This document shows positions 19,001 through 27,540 of a DNA stretch of 64,000 nt, piece by piece (the stretch's first letter is position 1; each line of letters starts with the position of its first letter). Source of the stretch: a bacterium (GTDB lineage: Bacteria > Patescibacteriota > Minisyncoccia > UBA6257 > GWB1-50-10). The stretch is from contig JAJYXV010000003.1 in the NCBI GenBank assembly GCA_021801565.1, positions 68,894-132,893 of the forward strand. Direction: 5' to 3'. The notes beneath the pieces are model-generated. The model ran no database searches, was not told the DNA's origin, and saw only the letters and a list, made by a program, of their open reading frames with translations. A program made the translations under genes and the position numbers.

Positions 19001-19313
19001 CCTTCGGGCGTTTATTCATTCTTCCATTTGGAGCAATATACACTTCTACGCCGAGGATAGGTTTTATTCCTGCCTTTTTTGCTTTTTCGTAAAATTCAAT
19101 TGCACCATACAAGTTGCCGTGATCGGTAAGTGCAATCGCATCCATTTTTAATTCTTTTGCACGGTTTACAATATCATCAATTTTTGCGAGACCATCAAGA
19201 AGAGAATAATGGGAGTGGACATGGAGATGAGTGAATTGTGATTTTTTTGTGTCCATAATATTCTCAATCTTTGTGTACGCTATCAGTGTAGAAACTTTTT
19301 TGACCGAAAACAA
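16065..19313 (-). CDS. dnaE: DNA polymerase III alpha subunit
   Basis: PHP domain HLHVHSHYSLLDG and a 1082-aa PolIIIA core. Confidence 0.95.
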   Translation of the reverse strand: MFSVKKVSTLIAYTKIENIMDTKKSQFTHLHVHSHYSLLDGLAKIDDIVNRAKELKMDAIALTDHGNLYGAIEFYEKAKKAGIKPILGVEVYIAPNGRMNKRPKVDETRFHLTLLAKNQIGWKNLIQLVTKSHLEGFYYKPRIDKELLEKHHEGLICLSGCFTGEISKLLSKGKKEEAEEVVKWYHSLFGKDFYLEIQAHTPKLKDAFAALSKKFGIPLVATNDVHYARKDDLTAHEILLAVQTNSKLDDEDRLTLKNYDISLTSQEEMQELFSDVPEALEETIRIAEKCNVEIELGKTKIPQFILPEGEHSPFEYLKKLVYERFEYRLPEITEEIKERINVELAVIEKTGFSDYFLIVQDFVLWAKDHGIVVGPGRGSAAGSLVSYILGITNINPLDYDLLFERFLNPDRIQVPDIDIDFTDTRRDEVLSYVRERYGHDRVAQIITFGTMAARAAIRDTGRALGYSYDFCDKIAKLIPFNPTQGMKEGWLDECLRDVQELKDLYEKDEQSKKLIDSARKLEGTVRHASVHACGVVISPTSLTDFVPLQKAPQGEDTVITQFEMHSIEDLGLLKMDFLGLKNLTIIEKTLRLIKENKGININIDTIPLNNAKAFEILQRGETTGIFQLESSGMRHYLKDLKPTELEDIIAMVALYRPGPIELIPSYINRKFGKETITYIHPKLEPILKKTYGVGIYQEQMMRIARDLAGFTLAEADTLRKAIGKKIKSLLAEQQEKIIKGMIQNGIDKKSAEEIWDLFPPFARYGFNRSHAACYALVSYQTAYLKANYCVEFMTSLLNISGTEVERINFLVNEVRRLGIKVLPPDINASFEEFGVEGENIRFGLSAIKNVGENIVHAIIEERGRGGTYEDLKNFLSRIHHRDLNKKSLESLIKAGVFDSLGIERTEALHNIEELIKFNQAVKRAALSNQTSLFGGGTASLVSLRLTPVKPVHKNTRLAWEKELLGLYLTDHPFATYSRMLGGSIKAIKDIETIPHEKDGIRGPRVKTAGIISNIQKMITKKGDPMLFVTIEDLTNHIEMLVFSGTLAKNTKIWEVNRAILVDSTLSWRNGEPKLICNGVKEL

Positions 19314-19379
19314 TATTGCTTTTTTTCACTTTCTGTTTTTCAATTTGTATTTTTTGGTTTCGTGATACAATAAACACCG

Positions 19380-20024
19380 ATGATGCAAAAAAGATCGTTC
19401 ATTATAGGTATTGATGAGGTGGGAAGAGGACCACTTGCCGGTCCAGTGACCGTTTGCGGGGTCATTATCCCGTTAAAATTTGATGTGAAAAAAATGAACG
19501 AGAAAATTCCTCTGAAAGACTCTAAAAAACTTAGTCCGCTACAACGAGAAAGGTGGTTTTCTCTCATAAAAAAAGAAGTAAACATCTCTTATTCATTAAA
19601 AAGCGTATCACCATTGCTTATAGACAAGATGAATATCACTCGATCGGCAAATCACGCGGCAGCATGCGTGCTCAAAAATCTGGAGAGGAAGATAAAATTT
19701 AACCGTCTTCACACATATATATATCTTGATGGCGGATTATATATAGAAAAGGATGTATTAAAAGATCTTGGTATTCCTTTTAGGCACGTGAAAACCGTGA
19801 TAAGGGGAGATGAAAAAATTCCTGCAATAAGTCTTGCTTCTATCGTCGCAAAAGTGAGAAGGGATGCCTATATGGAACGACTACACCTAAAACATCCAAA
19901 TTATGGTTTTAGTGCACATAAGGGATATGGGACCGAAATGCATAGGAAAGCAATAAAGCAACATGGACCATCAAAAGCCCATCGTTTGACGTTTATTCGC
20001 AATTTTTATACAATAAAAAGGTAA
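19380..20024 (+). CDS. rnhB: Ribonuclease HII
   Basis: IIGIDEVGRGPLAGPV is the RNase HII active-site motif. Confidence 0.9.
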   Translation: MMQKRSFIIGIDEVGRGPLAGPVTVCGVIIPLKFDVKKMNEKIPLKDSKKLSPLQRERWFSLIKKEVNISYSLKSVSPLLIDKMNITRSANHAAACVLKNLERKIKFNRLHTYIYLDGGLYIEKDVLKDLGIPFRHVKTVIRGDEKIPAISLASIVAKVRRDAYMERLHLKHPNYGFSAHKGYGTEMHRKAIKQHGPSKAHRLTFIRNFYTIKR

Positions 20025-20091
20025 ATTAAATTTATTGATAGAGATGGTATAATTTTGGTTTTATAGTCGTTTTTATTAATTTTATAACAAT

Positions 20092-20271
20092 ATGGGTGGA
20101 GTACCTCCGTTTCGCCATTCCCGGTCAAAAGTAAGGAGAAGGCGGTCTCAATTAGGATTAGAGAAAAAAAATATAACCGTATGTCCAAATTGTAAGGGTC
20201 CGGTGTTGTCTCATCGCACGTGTCCGACATGCAAGACATTGGTGAAAAAAATGCGGACAAAAAAATCGTAA
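20092..20271 (+). CDS. rpmF: 50S ribosomal protein L32 (59 aa; absent from the supplied ORF track)
   Basis: Translation MGGVPPFRHSRSKVRRRRSQ...CPNCKGPVLSHRTCPTCKT matches the L32 pattern (basic N-terminus, CxxC...HRxC zinc ribbon). Confidence 0.7.
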   Translation: MGGVPPFRHSRSKVRRRRSQLGLEKKNITVCPNCKGPVLSHRTCPTCKTLVKKMRTKKS

Positions 20272-20317
20272 ATTTTCCTGTTTTAAAACGTTCGTTTAAA
20301 TTTCCAGATTTATTTCT

Positions 20318-20755
20318 ATGGCTACACGACATCTTGCGAGAACTATTGTGCTTCAGTCGTTTTATGAGTGGGATTTTTATAAGCAGAAAACAGATCTTAT
20401 TAAAATTGTTGAACGTAATCTCGCGGAGTTTGGGCCCGGTATAGATGAACCAGATTTTGTATGGCGAATAGTAAAGGGGATTATTGAGCATTTAGAGGAG
20501 TTAAATGGGATTATCACAAAATTTGCTCCTGAGTGGCCACTTGAACAAATTGCAATTATTGATCGCAATATTCTTCGTATTGGATTATTTGAATTGTTAT
20601 ACGCGGACAAAAATGAAGTACCACCAAAAGTGGCAATCAACGAAGCAATTGAACTTGCAAAAAATTATGGGGGACAAAATTCATCTCGTTTTGCAAACGG
20701 AGTGTTGGGAGCGGTGTTTAAACAAATGGTCACTACGGAAACCGTGCAACAGTAA
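20318..20755 (+). CDS. nusB: Transcription antitermination factor NusB
   Basis: [14 protein letters not shown]...[15 protein letters not shown] is NusB-family. Confidence 0.85.
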   Translation: MATRHLARTIVLQSFYEWDFYKQKTDLIKIVERNLAEFGPGIDEPDFVWRIVKGIIEHLEELNGIITKFAPEWPLEQIAIIDRNILRIGLFELLYADKNEVPPKVAINEAIELAKNYGGQNSSRFANGVLGAVFKQMVTTETVQQ

Positions 20756-20769
20756 AAACTATTTATATC

Positions 20770-21474
20770 GTGGCGAAAGATTTTTCCGATTTTGAAAAAA
20801 ATATTGGCGTAGCCTTCAAAAATAGAAATTTATTAAAAGAAGCGCTTACCCATCGATCATATTTGAACGAACATCCGGAATGGCCGGTGTTTCACAATGA
20901 ACGTCTCGAATATTTAGGGGATGCCGTTCTTGAACTAGCAACCACAGAATATTTATTTCATTTTTTTCCGAATTATCAGGAAGGAGAACTTACAAGTTTA
21001 CGGGCGGCTCTTGTAAACTATCAAATGATGGCGAAAGTAGCTCGTGAAACTTCTCTTGAACAATTTTTATTTTTGTCAAAAGGCGAGGCAAAAGATTCTG
21101 GAAAGGCGAGAGAAGTGATTCTTGCAAATGCGCTTGAATCATTAATTGGCGCTATTTATCTTGATCATGGATATGATATTACAAAAACTTTTATTGAAAG
21201 GTTCATTGTTTCACACCTACGCGAAGTGGTTGATCAGAAACTCTATAGAGATTCAAAGAGTCTTTTTCAGGAAATGATGCAAGAAAAGAAAAAAATTACC
21301 CCGACATATAAGGTATTGAGAGAGAGCGGTCCGGATCATCAAAAACAGTTTTTAGTTGGTGTATTTCTTGACGAAGAATTAGTTGCGCAAGGACAGGGAA
21401 CCTCAAAACAGGAGGCTGAAAGCAGTGCTGCAAAAGCAGCATTAGAATTATTCGGATTAGAACATAAAATATAA
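20770..21474 (+). CDS. rnc: Ribonuclease III
   Basis: ERLEYLGDAVLEL RNase III signature plus a C-terminal dsRBD. Starts with GTG. Confidence 0.9.
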   Translation: MAKDFSDFEKNIGVAFKNRNLLKEALTHRSYLNEHPEWPVFHNERLEYLGDAVLELATTEYLFHFFPNYQEGELTSLRAALVNYQMMAKVARETSLEQFLFLSKGEAKDSGKAREVILANALESLIGAIYLDHGYDITKTFIERFIVSHLREVVDQKLYRDSKSLFQEMMQEKKKITPTYKVLRESGPDHQKQFLVGVFLDEELVAQGQGTSKQEAESSAAKAALELFGLEHKI

Positions 21475-21482
21475 AAGGAAAT

Positions 21483-23663
21483 ATGATTTTTTTGAAACGT
21501 CTCGAATTACAGGGGTTTAAATCTTTTGCTGGAAAAATAGCTCTTGATTTTACGGCGCGTGTCACAGGAATTGTCGGTCCAAATGGTTCCGGGAAGTCAA
21601 ATGTTATTGATGCATTGAAATGGGTATTAGGGGAACGTGAAGCAAAACAACTTCGCGGAGATGTGTTGGAAAATCTTATTTTTGCCGGTACTCCAAAGCG
21701 TTCTGCGGTAGGACTTGCGAAGGTAACGCTTTATTTTGATAATGCGCATGGACAATTTCCCTTTGATGCTCCGGAAGTTGCATTACAACGCCGCGTTGAT
21801 CGCTCCGGTACATCCGAATTCTTTATAAATGATGAGGAGGTAAAACTTCGTGATCTTGCATCGATGCTTGCGCGTGCGAAACTTGGTACGCGCGGACTTA
21901 CCATGATTGGACAAGGACAGAGCGATATGTTTGTGAAAAGTTCTCCAGAAGAAAGACGATTGATGATTGAAGAGGTGCTAGGGCTCAAAGAATTTCGCAT
22001 TAAAAAAAATCAGGCGGAGCGAAGGCTTGTGACAAGTGAAATCAATATGGATAAAACACGCGCGATGCTTGAGGAATTACTTCCCCATCTGCGTTTTTTA
22101 CGGAGACAGAAGCATAGATGGGATAAACGAAGCGAAGTAGAACGTGAATTAAATGAACTTGAAAATACTTATTATGCATTTCAATATCACAAACTTCTTC
22201 ACGCGTTTGAAATGCAGGGAAATCCTCCAGAAGAGTTGGAAAAAGTAAAAAACGAAAAAGAAAAAGAAGTGCAGGATCTTGAAGGACACATGCAAGAGAT
22301 GGAACAGAAAATATCAGCACAAGAAAAAATGCGTGCAATCCGCGATGAACTCTCGAAATTAAACACACAACAATTAACACTTGAACGATCACTCGCACGT
22401 ATTGAAGTGAGGATAGAATTTGAATCGAAAGAAAAAAATATTCCTTCCAAAACATCCGAAGAATTATCGGGAGTCATAAAATCGACATCGAAAGATATTG
22501 AACATGCACTGTTGTTAAATGATATCGAAGAAATAAAAATAGTACTTCGAAAAGTATTAAGTGTATTTTCTAGTGTATTTAAAGATGGAGAAGTGAAAGA
22601 AAAAACAGAGAATTTGGAAGATGAAAAAAATAAAATAAAAACCGAACTAGCAAAAATAAATGAGGAAATTATAAAATTGCAGAAATCAGAAGACACACTT
22701 TCCCATGAACGCGAGGAGGCTAATAAGCAATTCAGAAAACAAGTTGAAATACTTGAATTAAAGAAAAACGAGATACGGAAACTTGAACAGCAGATGCAAA
22801 CACAATTTTTTGAAAAGGAAAAAATAAATATTCGAATGGGAGAGATTGAAAGAGAGTGGCACACTCTCGGGCGTGAGATTTCCGAATTGAGATTACTTCC
22901 AGTACCGACGGAGACGGCAATTCAGACCGAAGAAATGGAAAGAAGAATGTTTAAATTGCGCGGAGAACTTGCTGCGATAGGAGAGATTGATCAAAATCTT
23001 GTGAGTGAAGCTGACGAAAGCGAAAAGCGGTATGAATTTTTAAGCGCCGAGCTAGGAGATCTTGAGCATGCGATTACAGATCTCAGAAAATTAATTAAGG
23101 ATTTAGATGGAAAAATAATTGAAGATTTTAAAATTGCATTCAAACAAATTAACGAAGAATTTAATACATATTTTCGCCTTATGTTCGGCGGGGGAAAAGC
23201 GCGTATGTTTATTGAGAAAAAGAAAAAAATAGAGTCTCAGGATGGAGAACAGAAGGTAGAAGGGGAGGAAACCAGTGCGGTTTCAAAAGAGGAAGGAGAA
23301 TCTGATTCAACTTCAGGGGTCGAAATTGAATTAAACCTTCCTAAGAAAAAAATAACAAATCTTGATATGCTTTCAGGTGGAGAGAAAAGCCTTGTTTCAG
23401 TTGCCGCTCTTTTTGCGCTTATTGCAGTGAGTCCGCCCCCATTTCTTGTATTAGATGAGGTTGACGCTCCACTTGATGAATCAAATGCACGCCGTTTTGC
23501 GGATCTTGTCCAAAATTTTTCAAAAAAAACACAATTTATTATTGTGACACATAACCGAGCTACTATGGAAGCCGCTGATGTGCTTTATGGAGTAACAATG
23601 GCAGATGATGGTGTTTCAAAGGTGCTTTCTTTGAAGTTTGAAGAAACTCCAAAAGCACGGTGA
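21483..23663 (+). CDS. smc: SMC-family chromosome segregation ATPase, short form (726 aa)
   Basis: N-terminal Walker A GPNGSGKSNVIDA, C-terminal LSGGEKSLVSVAALFAL...LVLDEVDAPLD signature and D-loop. The coiled-coil region is much shorter than canonical Smc. Confidence 0.8.
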   Translation: MIFLKRLELQGFKSFAGKIALDFTARVTGIVGPNGSGKSNVIDALKWVLGEREAKQLRGDVLENLIFAGTPKRSAVGLAKVTLYFDNAHGQFPFDAPEVALQRRVDRSGTSEFFINDEEVKLRDLASMLARAKLGTRGLTMIGQGQSDMFVKSSPEERRLMIEEVLGLKEFRIKKNQAERRLVTSEINMDKTRAMLEELLPHLRFLRRQKHRWDKRSEVERELNELENTYYAFQYHKLLHAFEMQGNPPEELEKVKNEKEKEVQDLEGHMQEMEQKISAQEKMRAIRDELSKLNTQQLTLERSLARIEVRIEFESKEKNIPSKTSEELSGVIKSTSKDIEHALLLNDIEEIKIVLRKVLSVFSSVFKDGEVKEKTENLEDEKNKIKTELAKINEEIIKLQKSEDTLSHEREEANKQFRKQVEILELKKNEIRKLEQQMQTQFFEKEKINIRMGEIEREWHTLGREISELRLLPVPTETAIQTEEMERRMFKLRGELAAIGEIDQNLVSEADESEKRYEFLSAELGDLEHAITDLRKLIKDLDGKIIEDFKIAFKQINEEFNTYFRLMFGGGKARMFIEKKKKIESQDGEQKVEGEETSAVSKEEGESDSTSGVEIELNLPKKKITNLDMLSGGEKSLVSVAALFALIAVSPPPFLVLDEVDAPLDESNARRFADLVQNFSKKTQFIIVTHNRATMEAADVLYGVTMADDGVSKVLSLKFEETPKAR

Positions 23664-23712
23664 TTGACTATAAAGAATAGATACGGTAATATACTATCGA
23701 AAAAATAAAGAT

Positions 23713-24012
23713 ATGCTAGCGATAAAGTTAAAGCGAGTGGGAAAGAAACATCAGGCAACATTTCGCATGATTGTTATAGAAAAGCGTTTAAAAATAAATG
23801 GCCGGTTTGTTGAAGATCTTGGATGGGTAAATCCTCACACTGATACATTTGAGATAAAAAAGGAACTTGCAAAAAAGTGGATTTCACAAGGTGCTCAGCC
23901 AACCGCGACCGTACATAACCTTCTTGTAAGAGCGGGGATGACAGAAGAAAAGAAAATCTCAGTGCATAAGAAATCAAAAAAACAGGAGAAAACCGGAGAA
24001 GCAAAAGCGTAA
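23713..24012 (+). CDS. rpsP: 30S ribosomal protein S16
   Basis: MLAIKLKRVGKKHQATFRMIV matches the S16 N-terminus. Confidence 0.9.
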   Translation: MLAIKLKRVGKKHQATFRMIVIEKRLKINGRFVEDLGWVNPHTDTFEIKKELAKKWISQGAQPTATVHNLLVRAGMTEEKKISVHKKSKKQEKTGEAKA

Positions 24013-24089
24013 CCGTGTTATATTTTACAGTGTAAAATGAAATCTGAAAGCAAAGGTCGAATGTGCTGCAAAGCAACTCAAGAAACGTT

Positions 24090-24365
24090 ATGACACAATC
24101 AGTTGACAAAGATTTTCTCGAAGCACTCGTTAAGGCGATCGTTGATCACCCGGACGATGTGGTGGTAGAAAGAAAAGTTGATGAGATGGGAGTATTGCTT
24201 TCGCTTCGAGTAAATCCTCAGGATATGGGACAAGTTGTCGGCCGTGAGGGTTCTACCGCGAAAGCGATCCGATCTCTCTTGCGTATTGTTGGTATTAAAA
24301 ACAATGCGCGAGTAAACCTCAAAATTGAGGAACCAGAAGGATCGACGCGACAGGCTCGCTCATAA
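24090..24365 (+). CDS. KH-domain RNA-binding protein (YlqC/UPF0109 family)
   Basis: GQVVGREGSTAKAIRSL KH GxxG motif, in the conserved position between rpsP and trmD. ORF track starts at 24063. Confidence 0.75.
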   Translation: MTQSVDKDFLEALVKAIVDHPDDVVVERKVDEMGVLLSLRVNPQDMGQVVGREGSTAKAIRSLLRIVGIKNNARVNLKIEEPEGSTRQARS

Positions 24366-24398
24366 AAACCACAAAGCACACATTTCGTTTGCTTTAGA

Positions 24399-24427
24399 AT
24401 CCCTCATTCGTGAGGGGTTCTTTTTCG
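24399..24427 (+). terminator. Rho-independent terminator
   Basis: aatccctca-ttcg-tgaggggtt followed by cttttt. Confidence 0.5.
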
Positions 24428-24503
24428 TTTGATTTTTAGATATACCTTTCGGGATCTTTTGTTATTCGCAAATTTTTATAATTTACGATATGATAATTTT
24501 ATT

Positions 24504-25175
24504 ATGCGTTTTGATATTATTTCAATTTTTCCCGAATCATTTTCTTCGTATATTGATAGCTCAATTTTGAAGAAAGCGAGAGAAAAAAAACTTGTACAAA
24601 TTTCGATCACAAATCCACGCGATTTTACAAGTGATAAACATCACACGGTTGATGAGTCGCCGTATGGGGGTGGGCCGGGAATGGTGTTAAAAGCAGAGCC
24701 GATATGGAGGGCGGTATTGTCGGTGTTAAAAAAGAAAAAAAATGATTCAAAAAAAAGGAGGATCGTTCTTTTTTCCACACGGGGAAAAAAATTTGATCAA
24801 AAAGTTGCGAGGAGATTTTCAAAATATGAACAGGTGATTTTGATTTGCGGAAGGTATGAGGGGATTGACGAACGTGTTGCAGAATATCTTGCTGATGAAG
24901 AAATTTCAATTGGTGACTTTGTGTTATCAGGAGGTGAGCTTCCCGCGCTTGTATTTTTAGAGGCGGTGAGCCGTCATATTCCCGGTGTACTTGGAAAATA
25001 TGAGTCTCTCGAAGAAAAAAAAGGATCATACCCCGTATATACAAGACCAGAAATATTTGAGGGGCTAGTAGAGGGAAAAAAGAAAAAAATGAAGGTTCCT
25101 GAGGCACTTTTGAAGGGAAATCATAGATTGATAGATGAGTGGAGAAAGAAATATGGAACTTTTGCCGAAAAATAG
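24504..25175 (+). CDS. trmD: tRNA (guanine37-N1)-methyltransferase
   Basis: MRFDIISIFPESF N-terminus and SPOUT fold, with a lysine-rich insertion. ORF track starts at 24429. Confidence 0.9.
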   Translation: MRFDIISIFPESFSSYIDSSILKKAREKKLVQISITNPRDFTSDKHHTVDESPYGGGPGMVLKAEPIWRAVLSVLKKKKNDSKKRRIVLFSTRGKKFDQKVARRFSKYEQVILICGRYEGIDERVAEYLADEEISIGDFVLSGGELPALVFLEAVSRHIPGVLGKYESLEEKKGSYPVYTRPEIFEGLVEGKKKKMKVPEALLKGNHRLIDEWRKKYGTFAEK

Positions 25176-25184
25176 GGAAAAAAA

Positions 25185-25326
25185 GTTGACCCCGTAGTGA
25201 AAACTCGATTGTATATATACCAGTGGATAATAAAAAGGAAATTAAGTTAACCAAAGAAATATCTCAATGCTTACAAAAACCAAATTGTCGTAAGACGACA
25301 TATCGAGTTTCTACTACGGGGTTGAC
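25185..25326. mobile_element. MITE-like element: 130-bp body with 19-bp terminal inverted repeats, flanked by a 6-bp direct repeat GTTGAC
   Basis: Left TIR CCCGTAGTGAAAACTCGAT (25191-25209) and right TIR ATCGAGTTTCTACTACGGG (25302-25320) match at 17 of 19 positions as reverse complements. GTTGAC occurs at 25185-25190 and 25321-25326. Confidence 0.4.
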
Positions 25327-25350
25327 TTCATCTTGTGTTTTCTTTAAGAT
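25322..25350 (+). promoter_or_regulatory. Sigma70-like promoter TTGACT-17-TAAGAT for rpsB; its -35 is contributed by the downstream direct-repeat copy
   Basis: -35 at 25322-25327, 17-nt spacer, -10 at 25345-25350, 18 nt before the rpsB ATG. Confidence 0.4.
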
Positions 25351-25368
25351 GAATTACGCGTATTTTTT

Positions 25369-26073
25369 ATGGCAAAAATAATGACACAAGAAGAAATGGT
25401 GAAAGAGATGATCCGAAATGGAGTTGTTTTGGGTCACAAAAGATCGAAAACTCATCCAAAGATGAGGCAATTTATTGCGGGAAATAAAAATGAACTCGAA
25501 CTTTTGAATCCATTGACGAGTTGGGAAACAATTGAGAAAGCAATTGAAATATTGAAAGAAAAACTTTCGGGGGGTGGATTTATGCTTGTTGTTGGTACTC
25601 AACCCGCCGCGAAAGCGACAGTGAAGCAATTTGCTGATGAAATGGGATATCCATTTGTAGTGAGTCGTTGGCTTGGAGGAACACTCACAAATTTTTCCGT
25701 GATTAAAGGAAGGATTGTGCATTATGAAACATTGAAGGAAAATCAAGTGAAGGGGGCATTTGCAAAATATACCAAAAAAGAACAATTAAACTTCACAAAG
25801 GAAATTGCAAAGATGTCAAAAACATTTGAGGGACTTTTAAAACTAAAAAAATTACCGGAGATATTATTTGTAGTTGATGGAGAAGCACATATCACCGCAA
25901 TTCGCGAGGCGCGACGTCTTGGAATTCCAGTGGTCGCTATAATTGATACAAATGACGATCCATCATCTGTTGATTATCCAATTATTGCAAACGACCATAG
26001 CAGAAAGAGCATCGAATGGATAATCGGGCTGATAAAAGAAGCAATTACTATTCTCCCGAAAAAAGCAGAATAA
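25369..26073 (+). CDS. rpsB: 30S ribosomal protein S2
   Basis: VLGHKRSKTHPKMRQFI and the S2 family core. Confidence 0.95.
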   Translation: MAKIMTQEEMVKEMIRNGVVLGHKRSKTHPKMRQFIAGNKNELELLNPLTSWETIEKAIEILKEKLSGGGFMLVVGTQPAAKATVKQFADEMGYPFVVSRWLGGTLTNFSVIKGRIVHYETLKENQVKGAFAKYTKKEQLNFTKEIAKMSKTFEGLLKLKKLPEILFVVDGEAHITAIREARRLGIPVVAIIDTNDDPSSVDYPIIANDHSRKSIEWIIGLIKEAITILPKKAE

Positions 26074-26092
26074 TAGGGTATAATAAAAAAAT

Positions 26093-26533
26093 ATGAAAGA
26101 AGATGTAATTAAATTAAGGGAACTCACAGGAGCAGGCGTGATGGAATGCAAGCATGCACTTGAAGAAGCGAAGGGAGATTTTAAGAAGGCAGAAGAATTA
26201 ATTCGTGCATCAAATGTTGCTCGTGCAGAAACAAAAAAAGAAAGAAAAACAGGTGCTGGGTTTTTGTATTCATATATCCACAATAAGCGCGTCGGAGTTT
26301 TGCTTGAAATACGCTGCGAAACAGATTTTGTAGTACAATCAGATCCATTTCAAAAACTCACTCATGATATTGCGATGCATATTGCAGCGATGGATCCAAA
26401 GACGGTTGATGAGTTACTTGCACAGCCATTCGTGAAAGATGAGTCAATAACGGTTTCTGACCTTATAAAACAAGTAATTGGGAAAGTGGGAGAAAATTCA
26501 AAAGTAGAACGTTTCTGCCGCTTTGAGGTATAA
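26093..26533 (+). CDS. tsf: Elongation factor Ts, short form (146 aa)
   Basis: LRELTGAGVMECKHALEEAKGD matches the EF-Ts N-terminal UBA-like domain. Confidence 0.85.
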   Translation: MKEDVIKLRELTGAGVMECKHALEEAKGDFKKAEELIRASNVARAETKKERKTGAGFLYSYIHNKRVGVLLEIRCETDFVVQSDPFQKLTHDIAMHIAAMDPKTVDELLAQPFVKDESITVSDLIKQVIGKVGENSKVERFCRFEV

Positions 26534-26544
26534 TCCTCATATCC

Positions 26545-26916
26545 ATGTTTTCATTTATTCTTGAAATAATTATTTTTGTAAGCCTCTCGGTGATGGTATA
26601 TCTTCTCGCGCGCACATTGCCGCGTATTGATGATTCAGTAACCGCAAAAGAGTTATCGATATTGAAGACACATTGGCTTATGGCATACTTGGAGAAATTT
26701 GATGAATGGCTTAAAATATTTTTTGAAAAGTTTTTGAGACGAGTGAAAGTATGGATTTTGAAGTTTGATAATGTGGTAAGTGAGCGATTGAATCGATTTA
26801 AAAAAGAGATACCTAAAGATTTAAAACTGCGGGTGGACGAAAAGGATGTGTTGGAGGGGACGAAGGAAAAAATTGAAGAGGAAACTGAGGAAAAATTTGA
26901 TGAGGAGAAAAAATAA
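26545..26916 (+). CDS. Hypothetical membrane protein with a Lys/Glu-rich tail
   Basis: N-terminal TM IIIFVSLSVMVYLLA and a charged C-terminus. Confidence 0.45.
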   Translation: MFSFILEIIIFVSLSVMVYLLARTLPRIDDSVTAKELSILKTHWLMAYLEKFDEWLKIFFEKFLRRVKVWILKFDNVVSERLNRFKKEIPKDLKLRVDEKDVLEGTKEKIEEETEEKFDEEKK

Positions 26917-26940
26917 AAAGAAGATTGAAAAATAAAAAAT

Positions 26941-27023
26941 GCGCAGGTGGCAGAGCGGTCAATTGCACGAGACTGTAAATCTCGCGCCTTCGGGCTACGA
27001 AGGTTCAAATCCTTCCCTGCGCA
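26941..27023 (+). tRNA. tRNA-Tyr (anticodon GTA), CCA not encoded
   Basis: Acceptor GCGCAGG/CCTGCGC, anticodon loop ctGTAaa, long variable arm, T-arm gaagg-ttcaaat-ccttc. Confidence 0.85.
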
Positions 27024-27030
27024 CATAAAT

Positions 27031-27063
27031 AAAAAAGAACGGTTTTATCCCGTTCCTTTTTGT
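27031..27063 (+). terminator. Rho-independent terminator after tRNA-Tyr
   Basis: aaaaaagaacgg-tttatc-ccgttccttttt. Confidence 0.6.
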
Positions 27064-27104
27064 ATTTCCTTGCATAGTGTTTTTCTTGGTCTACAATAAA
27101 AACT

Positions 27105-27533
27105 ATGGATGATAAAAAGTTTGAGATATTAAAAACCGAGTTTTTACTTACCCAACAGCAGATGGATAAATATGATCAGTTTTCGATTACTACCAAGACA
27201 TGGGCGGTGACACTATGGGTGGCTAGTTCTGGATGGGCATTCCAGTCTGGGAAGAAGGAGGTGTTATTTTTAAGTATTGCGCTCATACTTGCATTTTGGT
27301 TTTTTGATGGGATAAGTAAGACATTTCGTACAAATTATAAAAAACGCCGTGATGAAATTGCGATTTTATTAAGAAAAGTGTTTCATGGGGAAGCGCTTTC
27401 AGGAGAAGAATCTGCACCAAAACTTCCATCATATAGTTTGAAGGGGATTTTTACTAACTCGTTTTTACTCCATCTTTCTCTCCCATATATAGTGTTTCTT
27501 TTATTGTCCCTTGCGTTTTTCTTTATGAAGTGA
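27105..27533 (+). CDS. Hypothetical membrane protein (142 aa)
   Basis: Several hydrophobic helices. No known motif. Confidence 0.5.
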   Translation: MDDKKFEILKTEFLLTQQQMDKYDQFSITTKTWAVTLWVASSGWAFQSGKKEVLFLSIALILAFWFFDGISKTFRTNYKKRRDEIAILLRKVFHGEALSGEESAPKLPSYSLKGIFTNSFLLHLSLPYIVFLLLSLAFFFMK

Positions 27534-27540
27534 AAACAAT

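Noticed and set aside
16062-19151. Multiple plus-strand ORFs of 60-110 aa
   Set aside because: All antisense to dnaE.
22199-22864. 221-aa minus-strand ORF, Ser/Phe/Cys-rich
   Set aside because: Entirely antisense to the SMC gene, low-complexity translation, no start context. It is a frame artefact of the Lys/Glu-rich coiled-coil coding region.
24625-25254. 209-aa minus-strand ORF
   Set aside because: Antisense to trmD, which has clear family motifs. No RBS and no motif.
26463-27026. 187-aa minus-strand ORF
   Set aside because: Overlaps tRNA-Tyr and is antisense to the 26545 gene. Ser-rich low-complexity translation.
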